A stretch of 64,000 bases of DNA from Cyanophora paradoxa CCMP329 (Eukaryota; Plantae; Glaucophyta), in the NCBI GenBank assembly GCA_004431415.1, contig QPMI01000618.1:37311-101310 (forward strand), given 5' to 3'. Below, one piece after another: positions 13,101 to 25,671 of the stretch; the stretch's first letter is position 1, and each line of letters begins with the position of its first letter. A program made the position numbers and the translations under genes. The notes under the pieces are model-generated. The model was not told the DNA's origin. It did not search any database and saw only the letters and a program-made list of their open reading frames with translations.

Positions 13101-16100
13101 CATGCAAGCCCTTTTATCTTATTATTGCTGAACTCGTTTCGCGCAGTCCGGATCTACATCAACGGCGAACTGATTCCAGAGTCGAACGGCGGCCTCATCG
13201 CCGTTGGAAACCGTACGCTCTTTGCGTCCTGCGTCCTTGCCGCGTCCACCGCTTTCTAAGTACAAGCTCCCGCGGGTCGTCAGAGTCCTTCACGTGCACG
13301 CTCCCCCCGCCCTGCGGCACCCCAACGCCCTCCCCGTCTCCCTTCGCCTCCCCGTCCACGTCCCCTTCTCCGTCACCCGTGCCGCCCGCTGCCCCCACGC
13401 CTTTGCCGCCCGGCCCCACGGTTCCGCCAAAAGATCCGACCCAACCTGCGCCCGTAAACGATACCCTCTCCGAATCCGGGGTGACGCCCACCCCGCCCGC
13501 CAACGCCTCAAACGCGAGCAAGCCGGCACAACCGATCGAGATCGCGATCCAGCGCGGTGCGGTCGCTTCCGCCTCCGCCAGCGCTCGCCCGCGCGCACGC
13601 CCATGAGTTCGGGACCCCGCGCGCAGTTGTAATCGCGCGGGAGTCCGTCGTCGTTCGGATCGTCGCCGCTGCGGCGGCGTCCAATGGCAGCCCCGGCGGC
13701 CCGCCCTCCTCCGGCCTGCCGCAGGCCATGCTCGCCGGCTCGACTCAGGTCATGATCACTGAGCCAAATACGATGCATTTCGAAAATTCAAAGAAACTTA
13801 CGATTCGAGCGCGCGCGCAGACGCTGGCGCTGCTGGTGTCGGGCCTGCCGGACCTCTCCGCCGTGGCGGCGCTCCACACGCCGTCCAGCCCCGCATTCCG
13901 CGTCGACGGCGTCTTCCTCCTCGCGCGCGCCTCCGCACGCACCCCCGTCGCGGTCCGCTCATTCAACCGCGCCGGCCCCATATGCATCCAAGCCCTGTGC
14001 TTCGTGATCGCACGTTTTCCATCCGTCTGACCTGTTCCTGCGCATGCGCTTCCGCTCTGTGTCTCCAGACGGTGCCGGTGCGGTCCGAGGTGGGCCGGTC
14101 GCTCCCGAGGAACGGGGCGCTCGCCGTGAGCTTCGACGTGCCGCGGGGTCTCCCCGCGGATGCCTACTACCTCGAGCTGCAGGTCCGCCGCTGTCCGCTG
14201 GCCTCCGCCGCGCGCCGCCATAATCTTAGGCTTTAATTTGATTCCATACCGAGTTTATTTTATTTTCACGTCGTCCGTGCAAACGCATGTCGTAACCTTG
14301 CATGCGCAGCTCATGGGCCGCTCGGACGCGGTGGAGGTCGTGCGCATTCAGGCGTCCGCCGCTACGGCTGCGTTGGCGACGCCTACACCGGCACCGCGGC
14401 TGACGCCGACGCCGACTTCGAATTCGAATGCGACGCAGCGGGCGATCCCGTCGGCGTCGCCCTCGCCTTCGCCCATCTTCAATCCGCAGCAGCGGCGGCG
14501 GCGGAGCCTGCGAGGCCTCCGCCAGTCGGGATCCACCCCCTCGACCCCCTCCTGGCTCGAGATCGCGTCGGATCGGGCGGGCCCCTTCCGCGTCGCCGGC
14601 CCCGGTGCGACCTCCAGCGCTAGCTCCCTCCCGTCCAAAGTCAAAACCGTCGTCCAAGAAGCAGCTCGAGCTCACGTCGGGTGGGCGGGGCGGCCGTAGG
14701 GGAGGACACGGCGCGGAACGTCGGGGCGGCGATCACGACGGTGACAGCGGTGACGATCGCCGCGTCGCTGGCGGCGGCGGCCGCCGGCGCCGGCTCGGGC
14801 CAGGGCGCCATCCAGGCCCTCAACAGTGCCCAGTTCATGGGCGCGCCCATATATACTCCAGCCGTTCTTATTACTACTTAGTCTTTAATCCTTCGATCAT
14901 ATGCATTTCGCTTTGGTGGTCTCGTATTTGCGACTCTGCGCAGCGTACTCCGGGTACCTCGGCGGCTCGGGCACAGCGTACTCAAACATGAGCGCCGGCG
15001 TCCAGTGGGCCCTCGGCTACTTCCCCACGCCGTAAGCTTTTGCGAAAGCTTTTTGTTGATATCGATTTCGATTGGTGACGACCTTCGCGGAAGGTGGGGC
15101 CAGGGTCCCATGAACCGGGGCGCCAGCAACGGGGGCGGCCTCCGCTTCCGGCGCCTCCTCCTCGGCGCCCGCGACATCGTCGCCTCCCAGGTGCGAGGCG
15201 CCGCGAAATGCCGCAGAACGCCGCAAAACGCCGTGACCCCTGACGTCCAACGTCAACACGCCCTGAACGGTTTTCACTCGCCTCAGAACGCGGACTTCGC
15301 CGTAGCTCACTTTCAGGAATCCCTCTTCTACACCGCAATCTTTCTCATCGCGGTAATGATGGACCCTTAAGCTTCTTCGCTGAGATAGTTACGAAACTGC
15401 AATGTGCGAGGTCGTCGGCGTCCGCAGGCGGCGCTGCTGCAGACGCTCGGGGCGTGGGCGTTCTTCGGGCGGAGCAAGAAGCCGCGCGTGCTGGTCTTCC
15501 CCCGCCTCCAGGCGCTCCTTCTCCTCCTCACTAAAGCCTTTATAATTAATTTGCTTGAAAGTTTTGTCTTATGTATTCGGCACTGAAGGTCATTTTCCTG
15601 TACATCTTCTTCGAGGGCTTCTGCATCGCGGCCGTCGCGACAGCCACCCTCGCCGACGGCATGTGGTCCGTGCACGTTTCGTCGATCCCGAACGTTTCGT
15701 CGATCCCGAACGTTTCGTCGATCCCGAACGTTTCGTCGATCCCGAACATTTCGTCGATCCCGAGCGCCCTCGCCGCAGGTCGGTGGTCGCGGCCATCCTC
15801 TTCTTCGCTTTCGGCGGGTTCGCCGTCATCGGCACGGGCTTCGTCCTCGTCGTGTCCGCTCCCTTCGAAATCGCCCGAGCCGTCCTTAATTTTGCCTAGA
15901 CTCTTCTTACGGCCTTTCGATTTTGCAGGTTCCTGTACCGGCGGGGCCTGGTCGGCTACAAGGTCGACCCGGAACCCGAGCCCTCCTGGGACGACCGCCT
16001 CTACGCAGCCGCCCTCAAGCGCGGCCGGTGGCTTAATTTCGTGACAAGCTTTTAAGTGAGGTTTCTTAGATTAATTAACGCTTTGTTGGCAGTTACGAGG

Positions 16101-18344
16101 AGTCGGTGGTGGGCCGGCCCGCCGGGGCTAGGGGCGACGTCGCCCTTTACGGCGGCGGCTCGAAGGCTGGAGCGGGGGTGGGCCCAGCTGCAGGGGCTAA
16201 GTACGCGGCTCCGACGGAGGTGCGGCTGGACTTCAGCGGCGGCGCCGCAGCCCTCGACTCGCCCCGTCGCCTCGCCAAGCTTAAGCCCGCTGGGGCTGAG
16301 GGGCCGGACGCGCTCAGCGCCGACGCCGTCACCGTGCGCCCCCGCCCGCCCGCCCGCCGCTTTGCTCTCCACATGTTTCGCCTCCGCTCTCTCTCTCTCT
16401 ATTAGACGTTAGCTCCAATAACCCTCTGCATTTAATAGAATCGGTGCGGGGCGCCGGGCGCCGGGCGTCGCGCGCGCAGGTGGAGCGGCGCTTCTCGATC
16501 TCGCGCGGGAGGCTCGCGCTGGTCTACCTCGAGGCCGCCTGGCGCTGGCTTTACTACGAGTGCGCGGGGGCGGGAGGGGTGGGGGGGGTTGGGGTGGGGT
16601 TGGGGGTTGGGGGTTGGGGGGGTTGGGGGGGGGGGGGGGGGGGGAGGAATGTGAAGAGGGGCGGGGCGGGGGCGGGGCGAGGGCGGGGTGGGAGAAGGGT
16701 TGGGGGTGGGAGAAGGGGTTGGGGAGGGGGGACTGGGGGGGGGGAGGGGACTGGGGGTGGACTGGTGGGGGGGGGGGGGGTCGCGATCAGTTTAGTTTCC
16801 GATGCATCCCAAATATGCATCTCATAGGCTCACGGCGGGGCGGGCAGGGACGGGGAGTGGGTGGCGAACGTGGCGGACGGGTACGAGGGGCACGACCGGC
16901 GCTTCTTCCTCTCCCGCTTCCGCTTCCGCCACGCCTTCGGCATCCTCTTCTCCTGCTACGTGCGCCCGCTCCCAGATCGATATCGCGATCCTCCCTGCCC
17001 GATATCGATTCGAAACACTTGCACGTGATATCGATGTCCTGCCGATGCTGTATCCATATCTGATCCGCTACGGTTCCGCAGCGCTTCAACGCCGCTTCGT
17101 GGCTCTTCGGCTTCTGGTGCCTCGTCCTTACAGCTTCCTTCTATACAGCGCGTCGTCAAGTTTTAACGCGCAGGCGCGCGCAGGGATGTGGTGAAGAAGG
17201 TCCTCGTGGCGCTCGTCGTGAGCCTCATGGTCACCGACGACAACGGCTCCAGCCTCGCCACCGGCCAGGCCCGCGCCACGCCTGACCGGGCGCTTCTTCG
17301 CAAGCGCACCGGGCTCTCACAAGCTGACCGTCGACGCGGGCGCCGCAGACGGCGCTCGCGCTACTCTTCATCGTCGTTGAGCAGATCTGGGTCGTCTTCG
17401 GACGGCCCTTCCGGTGCGGCCCCGGCGGCTGCGGACATTCCTTCCCATTTCTTGATATCGATGAGCGACGACGATGTTGATCGGCCCGCGCAGGTCGCGG
17501 TACGACAATATCATGACGTTCATCCTCAACATCCTTCAGGTTTCTGATTTATATTTATTGCAACCCCGGCCGTTCCTTCGCGCCCCGCTCAGCCAAGCCA
17601 TTCATATCCATTTACTAAACACTAAACAGTTCATCGTGGTGGTGCTGGTCCGCGTGTCGGGGGCCATGGAGCTCGAGGAGCCGCCGCACCCCCGCGCCAC
17701 CCAGGCGAGCCCACGCGTCAATCCGCGGCTGTCATCATCTCTTATGATTCAATTTTTCTTTCCCGAGCGCCTGACCGCGCCGGCCGGTGCCGGTGCCGGG
17801 CCGGGGGCGGCAGGTGGTGGAGGCGGCGCTGGCGCTGAACCTCGTCGCGACGGCGCTCCTCGCGCTCGACCAGATCGTCGCCCTTGTCCCCGTCCTCCAG
17901 GCCCGCCCAGGCTTTGCGAGCCGCTTAGCGACCCACCTGAGCGCTTTCTTGGGTGCGCAGGCGCTGGTGTCCGGGGCGAAGGAACGGCTGGCGGGGCGGC
18001 CGCGGGGCGCGTCGGCGGCGGACTGGCCGGTGCAGGACGGCTCGCCAGCGCGGCAGTCCGCGCGGGCCATCCAGCTCTCGCCCCCGGCCCCCTCGCCCGC
18101 GGCCGGGCCCGCGGCCGGTCCGGCGTCGCCCCCCTCGGCCTCGCAGCGCCCCGGCCCCAGCTGGAGCCCGCTGGCCCCGGGCGTGCGAGGCCCGAGCGGC
18201 GGCGCCAGCGCCCCAGTGCCCTGGGGCCCGGCGCCCTTCCCCGGCGCCAACCTCTCGCCGCAGCCGTCCTTCGTCGCGAGCGTAACCAACAACGATGTCT
18301 CGGACCGCGGAATCGAAAGCAGCCTCCAAACCTTCTACTTTTAG
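6073..18344 (+). CDS. Very large multi-exon membrane protein: two Kelch-like propeller modules, Ig-like and Pro/Ser/Thr-rich stalk, C-terminal polytopic (about 7 TM, TRP/FLC-like) region. 5' end uncertain; first solid exon at 6405
   Basis: Kelch-type motifs GTVYFIGG, FSAAVYDRRRQHIVVLAG, GTVYFVGG, IMRFDVTSNAW, LYNDRFYIFSG; PT-rich linkers at 13300-13540 and 14360-14480; hydrophobic exons from 14700 (TTVTAVTIAASLAAA..IQALNSAQFM, VIFLYIFFEGFCIAAV, SVVAAILFFAFGG, WRWLYYE, WVKKVLVALVVSLM, YDNIMTFILNILQ); stop after QTFYF at 18344. Confidence 0.72.
7073..7106. repeat. (AC)n microsatellite beside a poly-C tract, intronic
   Basis: Uninterrupted acacac run. Confidence 0.9.
15674..15763. repeat. 18-bp minisatellite (ACGTTTCGTCGATCCCGA) x5, intronic
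   Basis: Five near-perfect copies inside the intron that splits the Trp codon of DGMW-SVVAA. Confidence 0.92.
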
Positions 18345-18947
18345 ACCTCGTTGCCGATTCAGGGCTTGCAATTGTTCTATCATATATAGTAGTACGCTAT
18401 TCGACTTCCTCTCGCCTGTGAATACCGAATGTGAATTTCTAGAGAAATTGTGTTGATTAGGCCTTCTATTTGTATACGTAATCATATAATTCGTATATGC
18501 AGTTCATTTTGAGATTAAGAGTCGCTTCCGAGATCCGCTCTCGAGCATTCAAATATTAGCTTCCGAGAATCTCTTAAGAACATTTGTGCCTAGAGCTACA
18601 GTCGGACTTTCATCATAGCTATAGTTGCATTTTATTTACGCGATTGAACGATCGCGAACCCAATACGAACCGCAAGCTCTGCGAGCTGAATCGCTTTAGC
18701 CAATCGCGAGGCCACCCCCTATCGCCCCCCCCCCCGCCCCCCCCCCCCCCCCCCCCGTATACGTACACACACACTCCGCACCCCCCAGACCCACCGATAT
18801 GCACAGCAAGGCGATATATTAAATTATTTTTGTTACTATAGCTACTGCTCCCCAACAAGGCGGCCAGGCCGCCGCGGGTCCGGGCGCTTCCGAGTTCCCG
18901 ATCGCGACCGCAGCTCTCGGCGTGGCCCGCCCGAGCCCGGGCCCGGC

Positions 18948-20365
18948 TCAGAGGAGGTGCTCGGCGGGGGCCGCGAAGGGGAAGGCGCCGGCCTCGTCGC
19001 CCGCCACCGCCCCCTCCGCCAGCGCCCCCTGCCGGGGGGAGTTAGGGGGAGGGGAAGGGGGGGGGGGTGGGGGGGGGGGGCGGGAAGCGGGCGAGGGGAG
19101 GAGGGATCAGCAGACCCCCCCCAACCTCTACCCCCTCTTCTCTCAAGCTAGAGCTCAGGCTCCCCTGTTTGTGTAGCCCCCGCCCAACCGGCGCCCGGCA
19201 CGCACCTCGCCGCCGAACGCATGCGCGTCGTCCGCCCCCGCGGCGTCCGACGGGCCCGCCGCCTCCGCCGCCTCCTCGAAGCCCGCGCCCTCGTCCGCCG
19301 CGTACGGTACCACGTCCAGCTGGGGGTACGGCTTGAGAGAGGCGGGGGGGGGGGGGGGGGGGGCGCTCGGAAAAGAAGAAAAGCGGACCTGGAAAACTTT
19401 GGCGTACCCCGTCATCTGGGCGCCCCGGCCGATCGCCGAGCCGAGCACGCCACCTGCTGCCGCGTCAAGCGAGCCTGAAGCGGGGGGAGGGGGAAGCTGG
19501 AGGGGGGTACCGTAGCAGCCGGCCTTGTACTTGGCCATGGCGTCGTAGCGGTCCTGTTACGGGTTCAGGCGGGGCCGGTCGCGGGTTCGGGTCGCGGGGC
19601 GCGCGCCCTGGGGGCGGGGCCCGAGCAGCAGTGGACGTTGCGGAGCTGCGCGCTCGCGGCCTCAGCTAAGCGGGCGACGTGGAGAGGGGCGGGCTGGGCC
19701 GGGGTCCGAGCCGCTGAGCCGGCCAGCGCGCGGGCCGATTCCGGCCCGGCTCACCGTGTCCTGGTTGAAGTCCAGCTCGATCTTAGCGACCGCGTACGTC
19801 GAGTCTGGCGCAGACGAGCGATTAGGGCGCCGCGGGCGGAGAGCCGCGGGGCGCCCGGCCGCACCGGCCGGGCAGCAGTAGGTCTTGCCGTCGGGGCTCC
19901 CGGGGACCTTCCCCCCAATCGATCCCTGATGCTCGCCCCACATGTCTCTGCACGCGCCCGCACGCGCACAGGTCACGGGAGCCGAGCGCGCGAGACATGT
20001 GCGTGTACACGTGGCGGCAGCGCACGTGTTTTCGGGCTTCATCCATCCGTGCGCGTTCTGGATCAGGTTCGCGGCCGGCTTCGTGTGGAACTGTGCATGT
20101 GGTCCGCTGCGTCAGCTGCAGTCGAGCACTAGTACTAGGGCTAGGGAGCTCACCGCAAGCTTCCACGATGGGAGGTCGAGGACCTGCGGGGACGAGGCGC
20201 CGCGGATGTCAGCGGCAGCTCGCTCAAGACGTTGACATGCATGTGGACAGCTGCAGACGCGGCTCCGCGGCGCACGTTGATCAGCCCGCGGGACCTGCAG
20301 ACGCCGGTCGCTGCCTCCGGCTGGTAGCCGTCGGCGATGTTCCGGGCTTGTGCCTGGATGCTCAT
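18948..20365 (-). CDS. Hypothetical protein, about 10 exons, Cys-containing core and acidic tail
   Basis: Spliced segments MSIQAQARNIADGYQPEAATGVC, VLDLPSWKLA, FHTKPAANLIQNAHGWMKPEN, DMWGEHQG..DGKTYCCPA, DSTYAVAKIELDFNQDT, LRNVHCCS, DRYDAMAKYKAGCY, GSLDAAAGG..YAKVFQ, LDVVPYAADEG.., GALAEG..EHLL-stop. Confidence 0.65.
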
Positions 20366-20737
20366 GACCTTCGCCGGCCGCGGGCGTCAGGACGCTTAAG
20401 TGGGCCCGGGCACGAAGCGTTCTCTGCAGCTAGCTGCACGGGAAGCGTTCTCTAGGGCCAACTCGCTGTAGCTAGAGGCTAGAGCACCAGCGCTAGCGCT
20501 AGCACGCGTGCTCGCTTCGCGGCGCCCTGGAGCACGTACGTATATCGATGTGCTGCTGATGAAAATGTTGGCGACGTACCCCCCGCGGAAGATTCCGTAC
20601 CCTTCAATCTTTCAAAAAATTGCAGAATTCATGCAGCATGCGCAAGATCTAGCTATAGACTGCCGAAGAGTAACAGCAGCGGCAGAAGGGAAGAGCCCGG
20701 GCCGGGTGCCCGCCGGGCCGGCGCGGGGGCTACTAGG

Positions 20738-23700
20738 CTATTTGAAATCGAAGACGAGGACGGGGGAGAAGGAGTCCGGATCGGCGGCGTACCCCTCCGC
20801 GCGGGCGAGCAGCAGCGCCGTGGGGCGGTCGTCGGGCCACCGCATGCGCAGCGCGGCGAGTCGACCGGCCGCCTCCGCAGCGCGGCCGGCCCACAGCTCC
20901 CGCAGCGCCCCCTCGTACTCGCCCCAAGCCGGCCCCGCCGGCCCCGCCTCCGAAATGGCGTACAGGTCCGTCGCGACCGAGCGGCCTGCGCACGCGCCCC
21001 GTCTGTTATGAGAGGAGGGATCTCGATCGATGGAGAGCCGGGAGGGGGTACTTGCCCTTGGCGACGACGCGGTCGAGGAGGCGGGCGGAGGGGGGCGCGG
21101 GCCCCGGGCGCCCGTCGGCGGTCGGGAGGGCCGCCACTAGGTCCCCGCTCGCCAGCACGGGTACGCCGTAGTGCTTGCAGAGCGACTCCAGCCGCGAGGC
21201 CAGGTTGACCTGAGCACGCGAAAGGGGGGAAGAATGGGGTCAGGTGAGGCGGAAGGGGGTACAGGTGGGGCGGGGGGTACCGAGTCGCCGATGGCGGTGA
21301 AGGCCATGCGGTCCTCGGAGCCGACGTTGCCCACGAGGGCCGTACCCGTGTGCAGCCCGATGCGCGCCCGGAAGCCCACTCGCACCGGCCGCCCATCTGA
21401 GCGCGAGGAGACGCAATGTCAAAACTCGGCTCGAGAACGGTCTTAGACGTCAGCCTCTATAAGCTTCTTAAATGCGAGCTTGTCAATCTCAGATCTAAGT
21501 TGCAAGGCCCCTGACCGTGGGCGGAGAGGTCGAGGGAGAGGCCGGCGAGGGCGCGCTGGCAGGCCAGCGCCGCGCGGCACGCCAGCAGCTCGTGCCCCGC
21601 CACGGGAACAGGCGCGTTCCAGATCGCCATCACCTTGGGGGGGAGGGAGGGGAGGCGGTCAGAGGGGAGTGGTGGGGAAGGGGGTGGGGGGGGGGGGGGA
21701 GGGATAAGGGGGAGGAGAATAGAAGGGGGGGGGGGGGGGGGAGGAGGGGGGGGGACCTGATCGCCGGCGAAGGAGTCGACGGTGCCCTGCGGCCAAGGGC
21801 GTCAGCGGCGAGCACGCGGGGATGCGGGGAGGGGTACGGGGCCGCGCCTCGTGGCCGGTGATGGTTCGGATGCAGACGGTGAGGAAGTACTGCAGGTACA
21901 CCGCCATGCTGGGGTACGCAATTAGAGATTGAAGGCGCGAAATGACATGGGAGGGGGGGGGGCGGACCTTGAGGGGGATAACTGCTCCGTCAGAGTCGTG
22001 AACCTAAATGGGGGAAAAGAAGGTTGGAGGGGGTACGGGTAAGGAGGGAACAAGGATAGGGTACCCAACGATGTCGATGAAGAGGATCGTGACTCGAGCC
22101 TGCGGGGCGGGGGCGAAGACGTGTCGGGGAGGGGTACGGGAGAGGGCGCGAGGGGAGGGGGTACGCGCCTCGGAGAGGCCGAGGCGGCCGAGTCGGCCCG
22201 CGTCCATAAGGCTCGTCACCACCTCCCGTGCCAAATACTACGGGGGGAATGAGCGGAGGGGTACGGGATTGGGAGGGGGGGCTGTTGCCTTGTGGAGGGA
22301 GTCGAGGCCGACCCGCATGCGCTCGAAGCCTGTGGGGGTACCGCACGTGAACAGCGGGCAGGGGAACGGGGCTGGACGGGGTGGGGCGGGGGAAAGGGGA
22401 GGGCGGGGGCGGGAGGAGGGGGTGGGGGGCGGGAGGGGTGAATAGCCCACTCTGCTGCATCTCGTGGATCTCGCGGATGAGCGACCCGCCGGCGCCGGCC
22501 TTCCGCCGCCGCCGTTGCGGGGCCGCCGCCTGCGGCTGGCGCCGGGTCGGCCGGCGGCGCGCGGCGGTCCGGAGGAGGCGTGCACGCTCACTGCCGCATA
22601 TGCATGGGAGGCCAGCGCAGCGGATCCGTCCGATTCGACAGAGAGGCGCTGCTGCGGCGCGGCGCGCGCCGCCGGCCTGCCGGAGCGTCACTCGGCGCAT
22701 CAGAGCGGGGCGGGGCGGGGCGGGGCAGGGCGGTTCTGTGGGCGCCGGGCGCACGGCTCGGTGGGAAGGGTCGCGAGGGCGGCGGAGCTGGGGGCGCGGA
22801 CGCTGCCGACGTCGCTGCCGCCGGGGAGGGAGGGGAAGGAGGCGGGGGCGTTGGGGGCGTTGGGGCCCGGGAAGAGAAGGGATGACATCGACTCCACGAC
22901 GCCTCGAGGGGAAGGGGCGCGGCGCAGGCCGGCGGCGCCGCTCCCGCCGCCGCCGCCGCCTCCGCCACCGATGCCAAAGACGGCTCTGCTGCTGCCGCTG
23001 CCGCTGCCGCCACCGGCGGTGCCGGTACCCCCGCCGCCGGTCTCGTCTTCCGAGAGGGGTAGGACCTCGGTCACCCCCCCCGCCCACGCCTCCGTGCCCC
23101 GCCGGAACAGCCCAGCGCTCGGATCTGAGCCCGCGGGCTCAGATCTGAGGAAGGGGTTCGAGCTTGGGATCAGGCGCGTGACGTCAACGTCCATGGCAAC
23201 GCTGTCCAGGGGCCCGTTGAGGGCGCGCTTGGAGGGGGCGCCGGCTGCGGGCGCGGGCGCCGGCTTGGGGCTGGGCCGCGCGGCCTCCTGGATGGCGGAG
23301 GAGAGGCGGTGGGCGAGGCGGGGGTCGAGGAGGCCCCGGGGGCGCCGCGCGGCGCCGCGGCCGCTCTCGGGCCGCTCGTCGAGCTTCAGCACCGCCGCCA
23401 TCTCCCGCGTGAGCGCCTGCCCGCCCGTGAGCGCCAGAAATCAAGGGCGAGGCAAAGATGGGCGGAGTGGGGAGGCCCTAGGGGGCGGACGTTGAGGGGG
23501 CGGGTGACGAGGAGGGCGGAGAAGGCGGCGCCGACGACAGAGACCGCCACCAGCGCCGCCGCGCCCGCGATCGACCAGAGCCCCGCCTGATCATAAGGGG
23601 CTCAAGGCAGGTGGCCATGGGGGAGGGGTACGGGGCGCGCCTGCTGCCAGGCGCGGGAGAGGTCCGAGTCGGGTACGGCGACGAAGAGCAGCAGCGTCAC

Positions 23701-25671
23701 GCCGAGGTCCCCAGCCAGGTCCCTTCGGCGCTATTTTCAGATGCGGGGAGGGGGAAGAAGCGGGCGGGGGGGGGTACGCGGACTCGACGGTGACGTGGAC
23801 GCCGTCGGTGGAGGAGCCGACGTCGAAGTCGGCGGGAGGGGTACGGCCCCGCCGCTCGAACTCGGCCACGGACGCCCGCACCAGAGCGCTCGGGCTCTCC
23901 CTGCCGCCCCCAAGGGTGGGTGAGCGGGGCCGAGGGGGGGTAAGGAAGCAATAGAGGGTTCCGCGCTCCGCGCACCGAGCGAGCCAGCGTGTACCCTCGT
24001 TCGGGTCCCGAAGCACGGGCGCGTCGGCGGCGTTCGATGCCACCATGTACCCTGCCGAAATGTTCAGTTCCCCCGGAGGGGGGGAGAAAGGGGGTAGGGG
24101 CGCGCCCTGGATGTCGACGACCCAGGCGAGGGTGTTGGGGGTGACGCGTACCCCCGCCAGGCGCGCCGGCACGTCCCGCAGCGCCGTGTCGGCCGCGAAG
24201 ACGACGCGCTCGCCAAGGGGCGGCCCGCCGGCGTGCGGGGCCGAGGCCGGCCGCCCGCGCCCCCGCGGGAATGGGAGCGAGAGGCCGGGCTGCGCGTAGC
24301 GGACGGCGGGCGCGACGGAACTGTTGACCGCCGCCTCGATCGCGTGGGTCACCATCAGCAGCTCGGGGTTGCCCCAGTCTGCGCGCCGGCCGGCGGGCCG
24401 GCGCCGAGTCGGCGGGAGGAGGAGCGGGCGGGCCGGGGCCGAAGGGGACGCGCGCACCGCTGTAGACCGGGGTCCACGCGGGGGCGCCGGCCTGGGCCCG
24501 AGCCGCCTTGAACCACGGCCGCGATCTCGGGTCTAAGGGGGGGAGGGGGGGAGGCGTTGGAGGGGTACGGGTTGGCGCGAGGGGGGTAGTGGCTCCGCGG
24601 ACCGTAGCTCTCCTTCAGCGTGTACGCCGCTGCAATGGCGCCGTCCGCCGCCAGGGGGTACTCGAAGGTCTCGAAGGGGTACGCCGGGTCCGCGATGGAG
24701 AACTGCGCGGCCGGTGAGGGGGTACGGGCATCCGGAGGGGGTTACATCGATGCCCGTGCCTTCCACGTCGCGAGGGACCCGTTGGGGTGGTTGATTCGGT
24801 TGGCGCCCCAGAAGTATCCTGAGGGGGGTACGAGTACGAGCGCGGTGGGCGGTGGGGCGAGAGCGGAGGGAAGGGAGGGTTTGGGGCGCTGGTACCCGAG
24901 TCGGTCGCGACGTAAATCCAGTAGAGTGTGGGAAGGTCCGCCATCACCGCAGAGAACATGCTGCGGGGGCGCGGCGCGGCGCTCAGCGGCTCAGCTGCAG
25001 TGCAGCGTGCGCCGGCGCAGCGAGGCGGGGCCGGGGGCCGGGGGCCGGGAGGGGCCGGGAGGGCCGGGGGCCGGGGGCCGGGGGCCGGGGGCCGGGGGCC
25101 GGACCTGACGAGCTCGTCGGGGCGGGCAGGGAGACGACGCCCGCCTCGAACGCCGTCGCCGCGAGCCGCACGGCGCGCGCCATCGGCTGCAGCACCTCGC
25201 TCCGCACCGCCGACCGCACTGCCGCCGGCGCGCGCGGGCGTCGGCGCGACGGCGCCGCCTCGGCTCGCCTAGGGGCACATGTACAGGCCTAGGCCTAGGC
25301 CGGGCCGGGGGCGCACGCTCGGAGACGTAGCCGCCGCGGGCCGAGGTCGCCGTGTCCTGGATGACCTGCCGCGACAGCTGCGGAACGCGTCCCCGCGTCA
25401 GCGCGCCGAGGCCGAGCGCAGGGCGCGCGTGTGCGCAGCGTGGATGCGAAGCGCTCACAAGATAAACGATGCAGAACACGGCTCCGCTCGCCACTAGGAT
25501 CTCCACGGCGAAGATGAGTGCAATGGCGACCTTAAGGCTGATCCTGAGCTGCCGACTCGGCTTGGCGGCCGCGGGCGCAGCAGCTGCAGCTGCAGGAGGC
25601 GCGACATGATGCGCCTCCTGGTCTCCGTGACCGGTTTCGAAGTCGGCGGGCGCAACCGACGAGGGCTGCAT
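20738..25671 (-). CDS. Membrane class III (IIIb-type) nucleotide cyclase: TM - Cache-like sensor - TM - HAMP - catalytic domain
   Basis: Catalytic motifs [77 protein letters not shown]; TM1 VAIALIFAVEILVASGAVFCIVYL; LYWIYVATDS-GYFWGA; TM2 IAGAAALVAVSVVGAAFSALLVTRPL; HAMP helix SLIREIHEMQQS-FERMRVGL. Confidence 0.9.
25027..25102. repeat. (GGGGGCC)n-type tandem repeat, intronic
   Basis: Run of ccggggg units inside a cyclase intron. Confidence 0.8.

Noticed and set aside
15546-15749. FGIDET / FVDPER repeat proteins
   Set aside because: These are translations of an intronic 18-bp minisatellite.
16560-16790. G-rich tract as telomeric repeat or Gly/Pro-rich CDS
   Set aside because: Irregular intronic G-runs without a fixed unit; homopolymer lengths may also be unreliable.
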